Of a stretch of DNA of 27,459 nucleotides, positions 24,207-27,459 are shown one piece after another (the first letter of the stretch is position 1; every line of letters starts with the position of its first letter). The position numbers and the translations under genes were made by a program. Under the pieces are notes generated by a model. That model worked only from the letters and a program-made list of their open reading frames with translations. It had not been told where the DNA came from and made no database searches. The stretch comes from an uncultured Candidatus Saccharibacteria bacterium (GTDB lineage: Bacteria > Patescibacteriota > Minisyncoccia > UBA6257 > Colwellbacteraceae): the NCBI GenBank assembly GCA_964536655.1, contig CAZHYH010000001.1:1-27459 (forward strand), in the 5' to 3' direction.

Positions 24207-25853
24207 TTAATTCTCTAAATTATCCGGCGGGATATTATAGTAATTTAATATAAACTGCGCCAAATCGCGAAAAGCAGGGACAATGGTAAGCCCCGCCAAA
24301 GGCGCGCCAAGCGGTTTATCCATCTTCAAGAGAATGATGAATTTCGGGTCATAAGCCGGAGCAAAACCAATATAGGTATTAATAACTTCGTCGGTGTATC
24401 CACCATATTTAAAATCAGGCACTTGAGCCGTACCGGTTTTGCCTGCAATATTATACCCTCTAATTTTCGCTATCTCTGCTTTATTTACGGCGTTTACCAT
24501 CATACCTATAACTTCCTTACTGGCTTTCTCTGTTATTACTCTGCCAATCATTTCTGGTTCTTTTTCGACATTCACATATGGTTTCATCATCACACCATGA
24601 TTGGCAACAGCTGACATGGTTTTTAGAAGGCCTATAGGAGTTACGGATATGCCTTGGCCGAAAGAAGCGGTGGCGAAATTAATATCACGCTTATCAACTT
24701 CAAGCGGTCTTAAGCTGCCAACAATCTCGCCCGGTAAATCAATATTAGTTTTTTCTTTAAGGCCAAATTTTACCAAGTAACTATAAAAAAGGTCGTGCCC
24801 CAAAGTACTTTCGGCAAAAACGGCTCCAGTATTAACCGAACCCCCTATCACTTGTGTCATAGTAATTTTTCCGTGAGCCTTAAGGTCCCAATTTTTAATA
24901 GTCTTGCCGTTTAAAGTCAAAGAACCAGTATCCACGTAAGTGGTGTCCGGTGTAATCTTCCCGGCGTCTAAGCCGGCAGCCATCGTAATAATTTTAAAAA
25001 TTGAACCAGGTTCATAAACGGCTTGAGTTGCCGGATTTAAAAACGCGCCCACTTCTGATTCGCCGTAAGAGTTAGGATTAAACGTAGGAATGTTTGACAT
25101 GGCCAAAATTTTTCCGGTCTTAGGGTCTTGAACTATTGCTGTCCCTCCTTGAGCTTTATATTTCTCGACCAGCACGCTTAAGATTTTCTCCGCCTCCCTT
25201 TGAATATTAAGGTCTATCGTTAGTTTTAGATCCTCTCCTGCTTCAGCCGGATTAACCAGTTTATCACCTTCCGAAATCCCTGCTTTTCCTTTGAGTCTAT
25301 CGTTATAATAAAACTCGACTCCGTAAGCTCCACCCACGCTTTCATCAGCAGAGACAAATCCTAAAAGATGGGAAGCAATCGTACTCAACGGGTAAAGCCG
25401 GGAACGCTCATATTTAACGCCAAACCATTTTTCTAAATCTTTCCTGATAGACTTATACTCCAGAATTTTATTGACTTGGATCTCTGTGGCTTTTTTTACA
25501 ATAGGCTCATAAGGATCGTCCTTTTTGCTCAAAATATCGACAAGTTCATTTTTATCCCTGCCGCTAATTTCACTAAGTATTTGGGCCGCTTCTGGAACAT
25601 TTTCGATACCATTAGGGTTGGCGTAGATTATCGAATATTCTTTATTGATAGCTGCGGGCATACTTACGTTATTCTTGTCGGTAAAATAAATACTGCCTCT
25701 TACAGGATTCAACATGCCAGCAGCAAGATGGTAGAAAAAGGCCTTGGCTTGATAAGTCTCCCGTTCCTCTATTTGAAGAGTGTATAACTTAAAAATTAAG
25801 GAAGAATAGAGCAGACTAAAAAAAACTATTAAAACTGTGATGCGAATTCCCAT
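24207..25853 (-). CDS. Class B penicillin-binding protein (FtsI/PBP2-type transpeptidase)
   Basis: N-terminal TM helix, RGSIY, RLYP, SxxK (PGSIFK), SxN (GSVN) and KTG (GKTGT); located in the mraZ-rsmH-ftsL context. Confidence 0.93.
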   Translation of the reverse strand: MGIRITVLIVFFSLLYSSLIFKLYTLQIEERETYQAKAFFYHLAAGMLNPVRGSIYFTDKNNVSMPAAINKEYSIIYANPNGIENVPEAAQILSEISGRDKNELVDILSKKDDPYEPIVKKATEIQVNKILEYKSIRKDLEKWFGVKYERSRLYPLSTIASHLLGFVSADESVGGAYGVEFYYNDRLKGKAGISEGDKLVNPAEAGEDLKLTIDLNIQREAEKILSVLVEKYKAQGGTAIVQDPKTGKILAMSNIPTFNPNSYGESEVGAFLNPATQAVYEPGSIFKIITMAAGLDAGKITPDTTYVDTGSLTLNGKTIKNWDLKAHGKITMTQVIGGSVNTGAVFAESTLGHDLFYSYLVKFGLKEKTNIDLPGEIVGSLRPLEVDKRDINFATASFGQGISVTPIGLLKTMSAVANHGVMMKPYVNVEKEPEMIGRVITEKASKEVIGMMVNAVNKAEIAKIRGYNIAGKTGTAQVPDFKYGGYTDEVINTYIGFAPAYDPKFIILLKMDKPLGAPLAGLTIVPAFRDLAQFILNYYNIPPDNLEN

Positions 25854-26122
25854 TGTGGATTCTTGTCGTAGATTAATCCCTTTTCTTTAGCTAATTCTTC
25901 AAGTTTTCTCGAATCAACAGTTGAATAGAAGTCATTCTTAAGCTCGGCATTATCAACTCTTAACCTCTCCAGCTCCACCTCGATTTTTTCTATGTCATGC
26001 TTTAGGCTCACTGTATTTGAATAAACAAAAACGTACAAACTAGCTACTACAACAAGCAGACTGCCGAAAATAAAAAGCAAGTGTATTAAATTTTGGCTTT
26101 TGTTTGGTTGTATGACTGTCAT
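25829..26122 (-). CDS. FtsL-like cell division protein (single TM plus coiled coil)
   Basis: 97 aa, TM followed by heptad leucines; positioned between rsmH and the PBP gene. Confidence 0.7.
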   Translation of the reverse strand: MTVIQPNKSQNLIHLLFIFGSLLVVVASLYVFVYSNTVSLKHDIEKIEVELERLRVDNAELKNDFYSTVDSRKLEELAKEKGLIYDKNPQWEFASQF

Positions 26123-26124
26123 TT

Positions 26125-27021
26125 TTAATATTTAGGAATTTTTATAATGGCGGCGCGAAGTTTGGCGGAGCGGCTGCGAGGGTTAATTAGTATTTCTTCC
26201 CTTTCGGCAACCATCGGTTTTTTTGTGATAATTTGAATCAATCCTTGTTTTTCCATATCCCGAAAATAGTTTTTAACAATCCTATCTTCTAAAGAGTGAA
26301 ATGAGATTATAATTATTACTCCGCCTGGTTTTAGAATATTGTGTAAACTTTTTAAAACAGACTCCAAGTTGCCTAGTTCATTATTTACATAAATGCGCAA
26401 CGCCTGGAAAATTCTTGTTGCCGGATGTATCCTGCCGCGCTCATAGGATTTCGGCACTGCGCCTCTTATGGCTTCCACGAGATCAAAGGTCGTAATAATC
26501 CTCTTTTTTCTCCTTGCTTCAATTATTCCCTTGGCAATATTTCTCGCATATCTCTCTTCCCCGTATCGAAAAAATACATCTGCTAACTCTTTCTCATTCC
26601 GTCCATTTATTATCTCGGCGGCCGTAGGACCATCTAGAGCGTAACGCATGATGAGTGGCTCGTCCTTCATAAAACTGAATCCTTTCCCTGAATTTTCTAA
26701 TTGTTCTGAAGATAGCCCTAGGTCTAAAAGCAATCCATCCGCTCTCCCCAGTTTTTTACTTTTCAAGATGGCCGGCAGGTCAGCATAGTTTCCGAGAACG
26801 AGGTGAACTTCTACTTTCGGCACTTGGCCTATCCTTGATTTCGAGCCGGCAATCATACTCTTGTCCCAATCTATTCCCAAAAATATTCCGTTAGGCTCCA
26901 ATCGTTTAACGATTTCTGCAGCGTGTCCTCCACCGTCTACCGTCCCGTCGATAATAAATTTATCCGGCAACGGCCTCAATATTTCTAAAACTCTATTTAA
27001 AAGAACCGGAACATGCGCCAT
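26125..27021 (-). CDS. rsmH: 16S rRNA m4C1402 methyltransferase RsmH (MraW)
   Basis: HVPVLL, DGTVDGGGHA, LLDLGLSS, HPATRIFQALRIYVNNEL, ISFHSLEDRIVK and NPRSRSAKLR. Confidence 0.97.
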   Translation of the reverse strand: MAHVPVLLNRVLEILRPLPDKFIIDGTVDGGGHAAEIVKRLEPNGIFLGIDWDKSMIAGSKSRIGQVPKVEVHLVLGNYADLPAILKSKKLGRADGLLLDLGLSSEQLENSGKGFSFMKDEPLIMRYALDGPTAAEIINGRNEKELADVFFRYGEERYARNIAKGIIEARRKKRIITTFDLVEAIRGAVPKSYERGRIHPATRIFQALRIYVNNELGNLESVLKSLHNILKPGGVIIIISFHSLEDRIVKNYFRDMEKQGLIQIITKKPMVAEREEILINPRSRSAKLRAAIIKIPKY

Positions 27022-27452
27022 TAAATCCCCAACTCGCTCAACTTCTCGGCTATTTCCTCTGACTGACTTTCGGTTTTCGCTTTGTAATCACTCCATGACT
27101 TCGCATCCCATACTTCCATCCTGTTATAAACGCCTGTTACCACTACTTCCTTACTCAATCCGGCATATTTTCTTAAGTAATCCGGAATAAGAATTCTACC
27201 TTGAGTATCCAGTTCCACATCCGTTGCGCCGGCAAGCATATTCCTTGCGAAAGCACGAGAGTTAGCTTGAGCCAAAGGTAAACCAACAAGCTTTTGCGCG
27301 AGAGTTTCCCAATCCTTATTAGTAAATACGAATAGGCAGTGATCCAACCCTTTTGTGATAATTGCCCCACCGGAAAGTTTGGCTCTGAATTTAGCCGGAA
27401 TAGCTATTCTGCCTTTGGGGTCAATACTATGTCTGAATTCTCCTATAAACAT
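27021..27452 (-). CDS. mraZ: Transcriptional regulator MraZ
   Basis: MFIGEFRHSIDPKGRIAIP, DTQGRILIP and MEVWD; upstream of rsmH. Confidence 0.97.
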   Translation of the reverse strand: MFIGEFRHSIDPKGRIAIPAKFRAKLSGGAIITKGLDHCLFVFTNKDWETLAQKLVGLPLAQANSRAFARNMLAGATDVELDTQGRILIPDYLRKYAGLSKEVVVTGVYNRMEVWDAKSWSDYKAKTESQSEEIAEKLSELGI

Positions 27453-27459
27453 GCCAATT

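Noticed and set aside
800-27370. Short antisense or alternative-frame ORFs in the track (e.g. 1062..1481, 4772..5164, 9660..9971, 10129..10335, 26861..27190, 27173..27370)
   Set aside because: All are nested in well-supported housekeeping genes and show no motifs; they are typical shadow ORFs.

Overview
Compact, almost entirely minus-strand housekeeping region, most likely from a Patescibacteria/CPR (Parcubacteria-like) genome using genetic code 11. The lineage is inferred from a GAD-less AspRS, a short SecD, a VirD4-like ATPase with its partner gene and a sigma4/HARE-HTH protein. In transcription order it carries mraZ-rsmH-ftsL-like-PBP-murF, tRNA-Glu(CTC), a small membrane protein, rplU, cysS, dnaB, recR, grpE-dnaK-membrane protein-dnaJ, tRNA-Lys(TTT), secD-secF, sigma4/HARE-HTH, the ATPase partner and ATPase, efp, mnmA, cobO, a two-gene comEC, aspS and ndk, plus two orphan ORFs. 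The unexplained signal lies in the intergenic DNA. (1) Two copies of a 136-147 bp element with identical 21-bp terminal inverted repeats, each flanked by its own 4-bp direct repeat that contains the start codon of the adjacent gene (TATG at efp, AATG at dnaJ); this looks like a miniature mobile element inserted at start codons. (2) A hairpin-rich 104-bp unit present twice in tandem, each copy bounded by a 13-bp repeat of the tRNA-Glu 5' end. (3) A 213-bp degenerate palindrome downstream of efp. (4) 7-nt-period repeat tracts, one translated in frame inside MnmA. No transposase, integrase, rRNA or CRISPR array is present in the window.
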